The translations under genes and the position numbers were made by a program. From a virus (Duplodnaviria; Caudoviricetes), in the IMG/VR virus record IMGVR_UViG_3300030330_001955, positions 1 to 64,000 of that record: DNA of 64,000 nucleotides. One strand, given 5' to 3'. The number at the start of each line of letters is the position of its first letter. Position 1 is the stretch's first letter. Below, in pieces: positions 34,692 to 44,540 of the stretch. The notes under the pieces were generated by a model. The model had not been told where the DNA came from. It did no database searches and worked only from the letters and a program-made list of their open reading frames with translations.

Positions 34692-34879
34692 TGGCTAGAA
34701 AAAGAAGGAAGGCTCGAAGAAGCACTAAAGCAAAAAGAAATATTCCTACTAATAAAGCTTTATATGCTAGAGTCAAAGCTGCTGCTAGAAGAAAGTTTGC
34801 AGTTTATCCTTCAGCGTATGCGAACGCTTGGCTTGTAAGAGAATACAAGAAGCGAGGCGGGAGATATAGACGTGGCTAA
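34691..34879 (+). CDS. Basic protein
   Basis: LYARVKA.A.RKF.VYPSAYAN.W.V.EYK.RGG.Y. Confidence 0.75.
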   Translation: MARKRRKARRSTKAKRNIPTNKALYARVKAAARRKFAVYPSAYANAWLVREYKKRGGRYRRG

Positions 34880-35171
34880 GGCTAGAGGCGGATTAGGTAA
34901 ATGGTTTAAGCAGAACTGGGTAGATATCTCAAGACCTAAAAAAGGTGGCGGATACCACAAATGCGGAAGAAAGAAAGCAGGAAAAGGTGGCTACCCTAAA
35001 TGTGTACCAGCCGCAAAAGCTAGACGAATGTCAAAGAAACAAATAGCTTCAGCCGTTCGTAGGAAGAGAGCAAGGAAACAAGGAGTTGGTGGTAAACCAA
35101 CTAATGTTCGTACTTTTACTAAAAGAAAAAGAAGAACAACAAGGAGACGTCGTGCCCGTAAGACGCGTTAA
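34872..35171 (+). CDS. Basic protein
   Basis: GL.KWF.Q.WVDI...CGR...YPKCVP. Confidence 0.75.
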   Translation: MAKARGGLGKWFKQNWVDISRPKKGGGYHKCGRKKAGKGGYPKCVPAAKARRMSKKQIASAVRRKRARKQGVGGKPTNVRTFTKRKRRTTRRRRARKTR

Positions 35172-35304
35172 AGGCGGTTATCGTTGGGGTAAGTCTGGAA
35201 AGATTTACAAAACGAAGAAAGCTGCAGAACGCCAAGGCAGGGCGATATACGCATCAGGCTATGGTAAGAAGAAAAAGAAGAGATCCAAAAAAAGGAACAG
35301 GTAA
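35152..35304 (+). CDS. Basic protein
   Basis: AGGAG then GTG; PVRRVKGGYRWGKSGKIY...A..QGRAIYASGY. Confidence 0.65.
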   Translation: MPVRRVKGGYRWGKSGKIYKTKKAAERQGRAIYASGYGKKKKKRSKKRNR

Positions 35305-35590
35305 AAAACCTAAAGGGTCTGGAAGAAGACTTTATACTGACGAAAACCCAAAGGATACTGTCAGAATCAAGTTTGCTACTGCAAAAGATGCCAGAGCAAC
35401 TGTACGAAAAGTAAAACGGGTTCGTAAGTCTTATGCAAGAAAGATACAAATATTAACAGTTGGAGAACAACGAGCAAAAGTGATGGGAAAGAAGACAGTC
35501 GCATCAATTTTTAAATCTGCAAAAGCAGGTTTACGGAGAGCAAACAATGCCAAGAAAAAGAGATCCAAGACTAAAAAGAGCAGGCGTTAA
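35261..35590 (+). CDS. Basic protein
   Basis: GTGKKPKGSGRRLYTDENPKDTV.IKFAT. Confidence 0.75.
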   Translation: MVRRKRRDPKKGTGKKPKGSGRRLYTDENPKDTVRIKFATAKDARATVRKVKRVRKSYARKIQILTVGEQRAKVMGKKTVASIFKSAKAGLRRANNAKKKRSKTKKSRR

Positions 35591-35837
35591 AGGTTATAAC
35601 AAACCAAAAAGGACACCTAATCACCCTAAAAAGTCACACATTGTCGTTGCCAAAGTAGGAAATAAAATTAAGACTATCCGATTTGGACAGCAAGGTGCTA
35701 AAACTGCGGGGAAACCTAAGAAGGGAGAGTCAGCGCGAATGAAAGCAAAAAGACGTTCTTTTAAAGCGAGACACCGTAGAAACATAGCAAAGGGAAAATT
35801 GTCTGCCGCATATTGGGCAAACAAAGTTAAATGGTAG
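35547..35837 (+). CDS. Basic protein
   Basis: NKPKRTPNHPKKSHIV.AK, IRFGQQG, SFKARH, SAAYWANKVKW. Confidence 0.75.
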   Translation: MPRKRDPRLKRAGVKGYNKPKRTPNHPKKSHIVVAKVGNKIKTIRFGQQGAKTAGKPKKGESARMKAKRRSFKARHRRNIAKGKLSAAYWANKVKW

Positions 35838-35846
35838 GAGAACGAA

Positions 35847-36161
35847 ATGTTAGCATTTTCAGTAGGTGGTAATAGCGCAGCGTGTCCAACGACACCAGAG
35901 ACTGCCACTTCATTTAGTGATATTACTAGTGTAGTACTATTTGTAAATACTAGTAATGCAACCCAAACTATATATCATGGTAATTCTGCAGACCCTTCAG
36001 ACGTTATAGGGAGTGTAGTAATACTTCCAAATGAAAGACTGATGTTATGGAAAAGAATTACAAGACATAAGTTTTGGGCAAGTAGCAATGAGGTTATAGG
36101 CACCCCGGGTATGGCATTTAGTCCGACCCAAACTGCTAGGAATAATCCAGGCGTTACTTAA
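35847..36161 (+). CDS. Hypothetical protein
   Basis: AGGAG RBS. Confidence 0.6.
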   Translation: MLAFSVGGNSAACPTTPETATSFSDITSVVLFVNTSNATQTIYHGNSADPSDVIGSVVILPNERLMLWKRITRHKFWASSNEVIGTPGMAFSPTQTARNNPGVT

Positions 36162-36194
36162 AGCGAAGATTCAAACTCTTCTGGGAGAAAAAGT

Positions 36195-36386
36195 ATGTTT
36201 GAATTTATAATGGTAGTATGGAAACTTATACAAGTTATTCCAATACTCATAACAGTATGTTCAGCAGTAGTAGCTATGACAGATACTCCTGTGGACGATA
36301 AAATATGGGCGAAAGTTTATAAATGGATAGACAGATTTGCTCTGAATATCGGAAAAGCGAAGGATAGAAATCCACTCCTCGACTAG
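36195..36386 (+). CDS. Small membrane protein (holin-like)
   Basis: TM followed by T.TP.DD...K.Y..ID..ALN.GKAK. Confidence 0.6.
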   Translation: MFEFIMVVWKLIQVIPILITVCSAVVAMTDTPVDDKIWAKVYKWIDRFALNIGKAKDRNPLLD

Positions 36387-36395
36387 GAGATTATT

Positions 36396-36605
36396 ATGCT
36401 GAATACCAGCATTAAAATTAAAGAAGTCGAAGAAAAGATAGCTATCTCTGAAGCGCTTATTTCCGTTGAGAAGGCAACAGCTATGCTTATTTTTAAAGTT
36501 ACCAAAAACATGCATACCCTTTCTCAGATAAAAGAATTAACAGCTAAGCCTCGACTCGGTCGAGGCAAACAGCTGAGGACAATATTGGAGAATTACAATG
36601 GCTAA
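36396..36605 (+). CDS. Hypothetical protein
   Basis: AGGAG RBS. Confidence 0.55.
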   Translation: MLNTSIKIKEVEEKIAISEALISVEKATAMLIFKVTKNMHTLSQIKELTAKPRLGRGKQLRTILENYNG

Positions 36606-36855
36606 ATTCTTAAGTGGACCAACAGGTATTCACAACACACAAAAGATTAGAAAGCATGTACTAAGAAGGGGCGTTACTAGAGACATGAACGCTGCAGCAG
36701 GAACTGTCGTTAATAGCAGGAACCCTAACAGTTTTAGTTATGCTAGATACTCTACTGGGGCAAAAGGCATCGGACCTAGATATGGTAAGTCAGCTGGCCC
36801 TAAAAGAGCACGATTCGGCAAAGGATCGCACTCTAGAATAATGAGACGTAGATAA
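36598..36855 (+). CDS. Basic protein
   Basis: GGAG RBS, Arg/Lys/Gly-rich. Confidence 0.65.
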   Translation: MAKFLSGPTGIHNTQKIRKHVLRRGVTRDMNAAAGTVVNSRNPNSFSYARYSTGAKGIGPRYGKSAGPKRARFGKGSHSRIMRRR

Positions 36856-36872
36856 ACAACCAAATAAGTAGT

Positions 36873-37097
36873 ATGAAACAGATTGATGGAAGAAAGTTAT
36901 GGCTTGATGAGAACGCCCTCAACGCGGCAACGATTGTGGGCGCTCTTAGTTTAGCAGAGAAACGTAGAGAACTAACACCGAAAGAACAAGACATGAAAAT
37001 GCTGTCCGCAGCGTTTATGTACTTGTACAACGTAGTGGAAGAAAAGGAGCTTCTAAACGAAGTAGAAAATTTATTTGAACCTGAGACAGTACACTAA
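36873..37097 (+). CDS. Hypothetical protein
   Basis: Coupled to terL by TAATG. Confidence 0.6.
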   Translation: MKQIDGRKLWLDENALNAATIVGALSLAEKRRELTPKEQDMKMLSAAFMYLYNVVEEKELLNEVENLFEPETVH

Positions 37098-38395
37098 TGC
37101 TAGAAACCAGTAGAACTGATGTAGAAAGCAAGTTTCTCATGACCTTTGATGAAGATAGATTCATCAAGCTTCCTATAAATTCATACATGGAGTTATTAGG
37201 TATCGAACCTAACACAACTCAAAATTCAATTATAAACTGCATGAACAATCCGAAGTATCGTTTTGTTACTGCCGCAGTTTCTCGTAGACAAGGTAAAACA
37301 TATATTGCAAACGTGATAGGACAACTCGTGTGTCTTGTTCCGAATAGCAATGTTTTACTTATGTCACCTAACTACTCACTTTCCCAGATTTCTTTTGATT
37401 TACAAAGAAGTCTAATTAAACATTTTGATTTGGAGGTACTTAGAGATAATGCAAAAGATAAAGTTATTGAACTTTCGAACCATTCTACAATACGTATGGG
37501 CTCGGTTAATCAAGTGGATTCAGTCGTTGGTCGCTCCTATGACCTCATCATTTTTGATGAAGCGGCACTTGTCGACGGACGTGATGCGTTTAATGTTGCA
37601 CTACGACCTACACTAGATAAAGACAACTCAAAAGCATTATTTATTTCTACACCGCGTGGTAGAAATAATTGGTTTGCAGAGTTTTTTCAAAGAGGGTATT
37701 CAGACCAGTTCCCAGAGTGGGCAAGTGTAAAAGCTACCTATCATGAGAACCCTAGAATATCTGAAGAAGATATACAAGAAGCTAGAAAGACCATGTCTGA
37801 AGCTGAATTTAATCAAGAGTATATGGCAGACTTCAATACTTACGAAGGCCAGGTATGGGGCTTTAAGCATGAAGAATGTGTTTCTGATTTAGTTGAATTA
37901 GATACTAGTAAAATGGATATATTCGCAGGAATGGACGTGGGTTATAAAGACCCTACAGCTTTCTGTGTTATAGGTTATGATTGGGACGCAGATAAATACT
38001 ACTTACTAGATGAGTACTTAGATGCAGAAAGAACAACTGAACAACACGCAGAAAAAATTAGAGATTTAATCAATAAATGGGCTATTGATTATATTTATAT
38101 TGATTCTGCTGCACAACAAACGAGGTTCGACTTTGCACAAAACTATGATATTACTACTATCAACGCAAAGAAATCAGTTCTAGATGGCATTGGTCATGTA
38201 GCAGCGATCTGTGATAATGATAAACTTATAGTTGATCAAAGGTGTAAAGAATCACTACTCTCACTTGACCAATACCAGTGGGATCCAAACCCCAATTTAT
38301 TGAAAGAGAAACCAGTGCATAACTATGCATCACATATGGCAGACGCACTACGATATGCGTTGTATTCGTTCGAGACCACGGCGACAACGTTCTAA
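37097..38395 (+). CDS. terL: Terminase large subunit (T5-type)
   Basis: SRRQGKT Walker A, VGRSYDLIIFDEAA Walker B, FISTPRG, GMDVGYKDPTA, SHMADALRYA. Confidence 0.96.
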   Translation: MLETSRTDVESKFLMTFDEDRFIKLPINSYMELLGIEPNTTQNSIINCMNNPKYRFVTAAVSRRQGKTYIANVIGQLVCLVPNSNVLLMSPNYSLSQISFDLQRSLIKHFDLEVLRDNAKDKVIELSNHSTIRMGSVNQVDSVVGRSYDLIIFDEAALVDGRDAFNVALRPTLDKDNSKALFISTPRGRNNWFAEFFQRGYSDQFPEWASVKATYHENPRISEEDIQEARKTMSEAEFNQEYMADFNTYEGQVWGFKHEECVSDLVELDTSKMDIFAGMDVGYKDPTAFCVIGYDWDADKYYLLDEYLDAERTTEQHAEKIRDLINKWAIDYIYIDSAAQQTRFDFAQNYDITTINAKKSVLDGIGHVAAICDNDKLIVDQRCKESLLSLDQYQWDPNPNLLKEKPVHNYASHMADALRYALYSFETTATTF

Positions 38396-38409
38396 TGACC
38401 ACCGTACCA

Positions 38410-38448
38410 AAAATAGTTCTTGACATTGAACCCAAAGTTATGTATAAT
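38410..38448 (+). promoter_or_regulatory. Sigma70 promoter with AAAATAGTTC element
   Basis: TTGACA(38420)-17-TATAAT(38443). Confidence 0.85.
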
Positions 38449-38467
38449 AAAAAGAATGGAATAAGTT

Positions 38468-38839
38468 ATGCCTCTTAAGAGAGATTTAGTAAAGTATGTC
38501 AGGGACAAAGCTAAGTCTCAATATAAGAAAGATACTGAATGTTATATTTGCGGTAGTCAAGAAAACCTGGACTTTCATCATTTCAACGGTCTAACAGAGT
38601 TGCTAGATATTTGGTTGAGAAAGAATAAGTTGATAATAACAGAAGAAGCAGATATACTCAATCTACGAGAAAAGTTTATCGAAGAGCATAGCAAAGAATT
38701 ATACGACGAGGCTGTTACCTTGTGTCATGAACATCATCTACAACTGCACTCAATCTATGGCAAAAGACCCAAAGTCGTAACAGCAAGAAAACAAGCGAGA
38801 TGGGTGGGCATACAGAGAGAAAAACATGGCATGGTATGA
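38468..38839 (+). CDS. HNH nicking endonuclease (T5 terL-portal position)
   Basis: CYICG..ENL.FHH...TLC..HH..LH..YG. Confidence 0.82.
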   Translation: MPLKRDLVKYVRDKAKSQYKKDTECYICGSQENLDFHHFNGLTELLDIWLRKNKLIITEEADILNLREKFIEEHSKELYDEAVTLCHEHHLQLHSIYGKRPKVVTARKQARWVGIQREKHGMV

Positions 38840-40049
38840 CAGATTTATAGGTCGACAACCTAATATAGATGAGGAGGAAAAACTAAATCCTTCTCAATAT
38901 CTTATTGCGGGTGACGAAGGTGGAACAATAAGTTCCCGTGAAGTAATCACGAATTACAGGCACGCCTATGAACAATTAGAAGTTGTAAACCGAGCAGTCA
39001 ACATGATAGTGGACGACTCATCGGATATACCTTTTGATGTAGGCGAAACCCTAAAAGGACAAACTAGCATTTTTAAAAATGTTAGAAAATCGAAAGTAGA
39101 TTTATTACTGAATAGAGAACCAAATCCTTTTCAAGATATAAATACTTTCAAAAGAAATTTAGTAACAGATTTAATGCTTGATGGTAACATTTTTGTTTAC
39201 TTTGATGGTGCTCACTTGTACCATCTACCAGCAGACAGAGTTACAATCGAAAGTAATGAAAGAACTTACATAGAAAAGTTCACATATGACCACAGCATAG
39301 AATATTCTCCTAGTGAGATTATTCACATAAAAGAAAATTCATTTAATTCCATTTATCGTGGAGTTCCTAGATTAAAACCCGCGTTCAGAACAATGCAACT
39401 ATTGTTAAGTATGAGGCGTTTTCAAGATAACTTCTTCAAGAACGGAGCCGTACCAGGCTTAGTACTTAAATCACCAAACACTCTTTCTGAGAAAATTAAA
39501 GAAAGAATGTTACAAGCATGGGTTGCCCGTTACAACCCACAATCTGGTGGTAGACGTCCTCTTTTCTTAGATGGCGGACTTGAAGTAGAAAACTTAACGG
39601 AAGTAAGCTTCAAAGAGTTAGACTTTCAAGAGGCAATAAAGTCAAATGAAAGAATAATCCTAGAAGCAATGGGTATACCACCCATTATATTGGACGGTGG
39701 TAACAATGCGAATATTCGCCCAAATCATCGACTATATTATTTAGAAACCATACTACCTATCACAAGAAAGATAGCGTATGCTTTCGAGAGGTTCTTCGGT
39801 TTTAAACTGAATGAAGATGTAAGCAATGTGCCTGCACTTCAGCCCGAACTAAAAGATCAGGCTTCTTATTACGCCACACTTGTAAATACGGGAATATTAA
39901 CACCGAATGAGGCAAGGGAGGCGTTGAGATTTGAGAAGATTGACGGATTTGATCAACCGCGAGTTCCTGCAAATATCGCAGGTTCAGCCGCAAATCCAGA
40001 GGAAGGTGGCAGACCGCAAGAAACCCCACCCGCAGAGGAAGAATTATGA
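38826..40049 (+). CDS. Portal protein
   Basis: LLN.EPNPFQ, DL.LDGN.FVY, F.NGAVPG.VL, GI.TPNEARE. Confidence 0.93.
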   Translation: MAWYDRFIGRQPNIDEEEKLNPSQYLIAGDEGGTISSREVITNYRHAYEQLEVVNRAVNMIVDDSSDIPFDVGETLKGQTSIFKNVRKSKVDLLLNREPNPFQDINTFKRNLVTDLMLDGNIFVYFDGAHLYHLPADRVTIESNERTYIEKFTYDHSIEYSPSEIIHIKENSFNSIYRGVPRLKPAFRTMQLLLSMRRFQDNFFKNGAVPGLVLKSPNTLSEKIKERMLQAWVARYNPQSGGRRPLFLDGGLEVENLTEVSFKELDFQEAIKSNERIILEAMGIPPIILDGGNNANIRPNHRLYYLETILPITRKIAYAFERFFGFKLNEDVSNVPALQPELKDQASYYATLVNTGILTPNEAREALRFEKIDGFDQPRVPANIAGSAANPEEGGRPQETPPAEEEL

Positions 40050-40297
40050 CAAAAAACATGATGCTAAAGGCTTTATCAGAATACATGGCAGCAAAGAATG
40101 TAGACTACGTAAGCCTATCAGATTATAAAGCGGACGAGAAAGCTCCTGTAAGGGACTATCTTTTAAGGAGAAAGTTTGGCTCTTGGAATAGAGTTGTTGC
40201 CGCTGCACTACATAGATTTCCTGTGGAAGTCGAAGTAGCTCCTGCACCAAAACCTAAAGCTGCTAAAAAGGTTGAGGCAGAAGTTAAGGAGGAATAA
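40046..40297 (+). CDS. Hypothetical protein
   Basis: RRKFGSWNR motif, APAPKP tail. Confidence 0.6.
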   Translation: MTKNMMLKALSEYMAAKNVDYVSLSDYKADEKAPVRDYLLRRKFGSWNRVVAAALHRFPVEVEVAPAPKPKAAKKVEAEVKEE

Positions 40298-40299
40298 CT

Positions 40300-42345
40300 A
40301 TGTCTGAGAAAATATTTCATTGGACAAACTCGTTCAAAATGCTTGGCGAAGACGACGACGGTGGACTAGACATCAAAGGAAGTGCTAGTACAAATGCTGT
40401 CGACAGAGCTGGCGATATAATTGAACATGATGCATGGACAAAAGGTGGATTAGAAAATTTTAAAAATAATCCAGTTATATTGTTTAATCACAACTATGAC
40501 AGACCTATTGGTCGTGCAAAAGAACTTAGTGTTGGTGAAAACGGTTTAGATATTACAGCCCGTATTTCTAAATCCGCCAACGAAATAAAAGATCTTATTA
40601 AAGACGGCGTTCTTGGAGCCTTTAGTGTCGGTTTCAAGGTCAAGGACGCTGAATATATGACCGAAACCGACGGATATAAGATAAAGGACGCTGAACTGTT
40701 CGAAGTGTCAGTAGTTTCGGTTCCCTGTAACCAAAACGCTGTCTTCTCTATTGCGAAGTCATTTGACAATATGGAAGAGTACAACAAGTTTAAACAAGAC
40801 TTTATTCAGACTAACTCAATTGGAGCAGACGCTAAGATTGAGCAGTCAAGCGAGGCAATAGCCGACAAAACGGAGACGAAAATGTCAGAAGATGTAAAAA
40901 CTCCTGAAGCAAGCCCTGAGTTCGACTTGGAAACATTCGCTAAAGAAGTTGCGGAAAAAACTGCCGCTTCCATCGCAATGAAACAAGCTGAGCAAAAAGC
41001 TGCTGAAGCAAAAGCACAAGCTGAAGCCGACGAAAAGGCACAAGCAGAAGCAGAAGCTAAGCAAGCTGAAGAGCAAGCTGAAATGGAAAAACAAAAGAAA
41101 ATCGTTGCAAGTGGGTTGTCAGGTGCTGAGAAACTTATGGAAGACGTTGAAAAACGTGTCAATGAGAAGCATGAAGATTTAGAAACAGTTGTTAAATCTC
41201 TTGAAAAAGAATTAGCAGAAAAATCTGAAGAAATTATGTCAATCAGAGAATCCAAAAGAATCTTTGCAGACAGAGGCAACAAAGACTGGAAAGAAGCATT
41301 TCAAGGAGACATTCTTGATGCTAAGATTCTAGGTCTTGCTACTGGTAAAGGTTACGAAACAGATTATGCAAAAGGCGTTATGCAAAAAGTGAACGAACAT
41401 TCAGGTGTTCAAGTATCTTCTGCTGACTTCGAGCAAATCGTTTCAACAAACGTCGAAAGAGATATTCAAAACGAGCTAGTCTTGGCTCCTCTATTCAGAG
41501 AAATTCCAATGACTTCAGCAAACATGATTATCCCAATCCTTCCAGATGCAGGTTACGCTGAGTTTGCTTCAGGGCAAACAGCAAGTGGTTCTTCACCACA
41601 TGGTAACTTAGCTGAAAGAGGAGACACCTATGGTTCACCATTTGGTGGGGTTGATTTAACTGAAAGAACTCTTTCAACCAAAAAACTTATTTCACAATCA
41701 TACTTAGGTAATGAAACTGAAGAAGATGCAATCATGCCAATTCTACCGCTTATCAGAGAATCTATCGTTAGGTCTCATGCAAGAGCAATAGAAAATGCTA
41801 TCTTAGCTGGTGATGATGCTGATGGTGCTTTCGGTACCTCAGGTGCTTCTTTCGAAGGTTTATTACACCTAGCAAGAAATGATTCAGACTTCACACAAAG
41901 TACAACTGCTTTCGCATCTGATACTTTGACAGCTGCTGAATTACTTTCAATGAGAAAGAACATGGGTAAATATGGTATTAACCCAGCAGATGTGGTTTAT
42001 ATCGTATCACAAAGATCTTACTTTGAATTGCTAGAAGATGCTGAGTTCCAAGATGCTAACCTAGTTGGCGACATGGCAACTAAGCTATCTGGTGAAATCG
42101 GACAGGTATTCGGATCAAGAGTACTATTATGTGACGAATTCGCTACACCAGCAGTTGGTAAGTTCGCAGCAATAGCTGTTAACCCAATGAACTTCGTAAT
42201 GCCTAGATTAAGAGGTGTTACAATCGAATCAGACTACGAAGTAGCTAACCAAAGACGAGTCCTAGTGGCTTCTCAAAGAATAGGTTTCACAGACCTAATC
42301 GATGGTGCAACTTCTAAGTGGGGTTATATGTATAAAGCTAGCTAA
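40300..42345 (+). CDS. Prohead protease-scaffold-major capsid fusion (HK97 fold); internal start at 40882
   Basis: LFNHN...PIG, FSVGF, LFEVSVVSVPCN (protease); Ala/Glu coiled coil; T5 pb8-like capsid; GGAG-N7-ATG in frame at 40882. Confidence 0.92.
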   Translation: MSEKIFHWTNSFKMLGEDDDGGLDIKGSASTNAVDRAGDIIEHDAWTKGGLENFKNNPVILFNHNYDRPIGRAKELSVGENGLDITARISKSANEIKDLIKDGVLGAFSVGFKVKDAEYMTETDGYKIKDAELFEVSVVSVPCNQNAVFSIAKSFDNMEEYNKFKQDFIQTNSIGADAKIEQSSEAIADKTETKMSEDVKTPEASPEFDLETFAKEVAEKTAASIAMKQAEQKAAEAKAQAEADEKAQAEAEAKQAEEQAEMEKQKKIVASGLSGAEKLMEDVEKRVNEKHEDLETVVKSLEKELAEKSEEIMSIRESKRIFADRGNKDWKEAFQGDILDAKILGLATGKGYETDYAKGVMQKVNEHSGVQVSSADFEQIVSTNVERDIQNELVLAPLFREIPMTSANMIIPILPDAGYAEFASGQTASGSSPHGNLAERGDTYGSPFGGVDLTERTLSTKKLISQSYLGNETEEDAIMPILPLIRESIVRSHARAIENAILAGDDADGAFGTSGASFEGLLHLARNDSDFTQSTTAFASDTLTAAELLSMRKNMGKYGINPADVVYIVSQRSYFELLEDAEFQDANLVGDMATKLSGEIGQVFGSRVLLCDEFATPAVGKFAAIAVNPMNFVMPRLRGVTIESDYEVANQRRVLVASQRIGFTDLIDGATSKWGYMYKAS

Positions 42346-42360
42346 TAGTTAGTATACTAT

Positions 42361-42391
42361 GTAGTGGGAGTTCGCTCCCACTACAACTTTT
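42361..42391 (+). terminator. Terminator after the capsid gene
   Basis: GTAGTGGGAG-TTCG-CTCCCACTAC. Confidence 0.8.
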
Positions 42392-42399
42392 AAAATATT

Positions 42400-42996
42400 A
42401 TGGCAGACTTAGTAACAGTAAATGAATATAAAGACGCAGAGGGAATGAGAGGCGAGAAAAATGACGACCGCCTAAATGTTATAGTTCCTCAAGTTTCTGA
42501 ACTCGTAAAAAGATATTGCGGGACATCATTTATTGATTTCTTTTCTACTAATAAAGTTGAAACATTCAATATAAATGATCAGTATACCACGACAGTGATT
42601 TTAAGTGAATGTCCAGTAGTTAGTATTAACAAAGTAGAAGAAAGGACTTCTTACTCAGAAGACTACAAAGAACTACTCACTAGTAATTATGAATATTACT
42701 TTGACTCTACCGCAGATTCTATAATTAGAACTAATGATAACGGTGGAAAGAAACATTGGGCTCATGGCATGGGAGCAGTAAGAGTAACTTACAAAGCTGG
42801 CTACGCAGAGTGTCCAAAAGATTTACAACTTGCAATATTTGACTTAATTACATACTATGTAAAAGATGAGCATAAGCAAAGGCAGACTCTTGGTGGAGCA
42901 ACTTTGCAAAACCAGGGTACAGCAGGAGTTAGAAATAGTACTGACTTTCCTGACCATATAAAAAGAGTGCTTGATTTACATAGAGTAATTATATGA
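42400..42996 (+). CDS. Head-tail connector/head completion protein
   Basis: VS.LVK.YC, VTYKAGY...P.DLQLA, FP.HIKRVLD..R. Confidence 0.85.
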   Translation: MADLVTVNEYKDAEGMRGEKNDDRLNVIVPQVSELVKRYCGTSFIDFFSTNKVETFNINDQYTTTVILSECPVVSINKVEERTSYSEDYKELLTSNYEYYFDSTADSIIRTNDNGGKKHWAHGMGAVRVTYKAGYAECPKDLQLAIFDLITYYVKDEHKQRQTLGGATLQNQGTAGVRNSTDFPDHIKRVLDLHRVII

Positions 42997-44540
42997 TTCA
43001 AGATGTAGAAAACTTTTTTAAACGAATGATGGAGAAATCCAACATTGATATGGCTAGAGCTCATTCTGATGCTACATATGAACATAAGTTCCTAATAAAA
43101 CAAAAGAACTTAGTAAATATGATAGTCGACAGAGTTATACAAGCTAGACATGACGCAGGACTACCACCAGCTAGTAAGACTACAATTGCTAATATAGTAA
43201 AAACTAGTGTTTGGAACAAGGTGTATACTATACCCAATGTTAAAAGAGCCTTTAGAAGATACTATGGCTCTACTGGTAAAAGTGGTGGCATATTTGTTAG
43301 TAAAGGTGTCGGAGGTATGGTACAAGTAGTTTTCATGCGAGGTAAATACGCTGAAAAAGTAGCTACATCACGAGGTAACTTGATACCAAAGACTAACATG
43401 GCGATGCAAGATTTATGGTTTGAAGCCATATCTGTTATTAAGACAGAAATGGGCAAGAGAAGAAACCTAGGATTAGATTTGGTAGGTAGCCAGGTTCCTG
43501 AAAGATTTAGGTCTCCACCTCATGCAGGTGCAAGACTTCATGGAGACACTTCTGCTAAAGGAGGCTTTCAAACTACGATTGCCAAACAAGTATTAGCAGA
43601 GGGTGGAGGAGAAGGAGCTGGTTTTGATGACGCTGTAAAAAACTTTGACAGAAACTTTAGGGAAGAGTATCCTGAAGATGGTTGGTTAATGGACCAAGCT
43701 GTAACTCAGATATTTAATCCAATAAAGAAAAAGTATAACGTAAAAGATATACAAGACTTTACTTCAGCATCAGGAACTAGAGAGATTTCTGTTACTGTTG
43801 AATATGGAGACGCTCGTTTAAATAGAGAAATGAACTGGGCAGATGCAGACGGAATAAAAAGAGCTGCAAAAGACGAAACAGACAAGTTTATAAAGTTTTT
43901 AGGGGCTAGTAAAGATGAGGTTGCAGAAGAAGGAGGAGCTTTACAAGGTTCCGATAGTTTTAATACTAAAGCAACAAAAATAGTACAAGGAAAACTTATT
44001 GAAAGTCTTCTAAAGGTAAAGGGAACAAGACCTGACTTTAGATTAAAAGTTAATAAAAAACTACTTGCACAAGCAAAAAAAGCAAAAGGCAAGAAAAGGG
44101 GTCAAGGTGGTTTTGATATAAATGAGGCAATTAAAACCGCAGTTGTTGCTAGTACTAAAGCTAAAACGCAAAAAGTACGAAAAGGTAGACCAAACTCAAA
44201 TAAAAAAGGTGTATCAAGAACAATAGAAAGCCCAATAGCTTTGAGAAACATACTTAATGAAGCACTACCACAAATGGTAGCAAGTAAAATGACACCGCCA
44301 GCACTACAATATAGAACTGGTAGGTTTGCAAACTCAACTAGAATTGAGAATGTAAATATAGGTTCAAGAGGTGGATTGCATATAGACTATACTTATATGA
44401 GAAATCCTTATGAAACTTTTGAGCCAGGTGGAAAACAGGGGAGTACTTTAAGAGACCCTCGAAAAATAATAGGAGCAAGTATTAGAGAACTTGCTATGGG
44501 AATACTGGGAAGACAGCCGACAACACTTAGGAGACAATAA
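42993..44540 (+). CDS. Tail completion protein (T5 p143-like C-terminus, long N-terminal extension)
   Basis: L.YRTGRFANS, Y.YM..PY..FE, RDPR..I..SIR. Confidence 0.7.
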   Translation: MIQDVENFFKRMMEKSNIDMARAHSDATYEHKFLIKQKNLVNMIVDRVIQARHDAGLPPASKTTIANIVKTSVWNKVYTIPNVKRAFRRYYGSTGKSGGIFVSKGVGGMVQVVFMRGKYAEKVATSRGNLIPKTNMAMQDLWFEAISVIKTEMGKRRNLGLDLVGSQVPERFRSPPHAGARLHGDTSAKGGFQTTIAKQVLAEGGGEGAGFDDAVKNFDRNFREEYPEDGWLMDQAVTQIFNPIKKKYNVKDIQDFTSASGTREISVTVEYGDARLNREMNWADADGIKRAAKDETDKFIKFLGASKDEVAEEGGALQGSDSFNTKATKIVQGKLIESLLKVKGTRPDFRLKVNKKLLAQAKKAKGKKRGQGGFDINEAIKTAVVASTKAKTQKVRKGRPNSNKKGVSRTIESPIALRNILNEALPQMVASKMTPPALQYRTGRFANSTRIENVNIGSRGGLHIDYTYMRNPYETFEPGGKQGSTLRDPRKIIGASIRELAMGILGRQPTTLRRQ

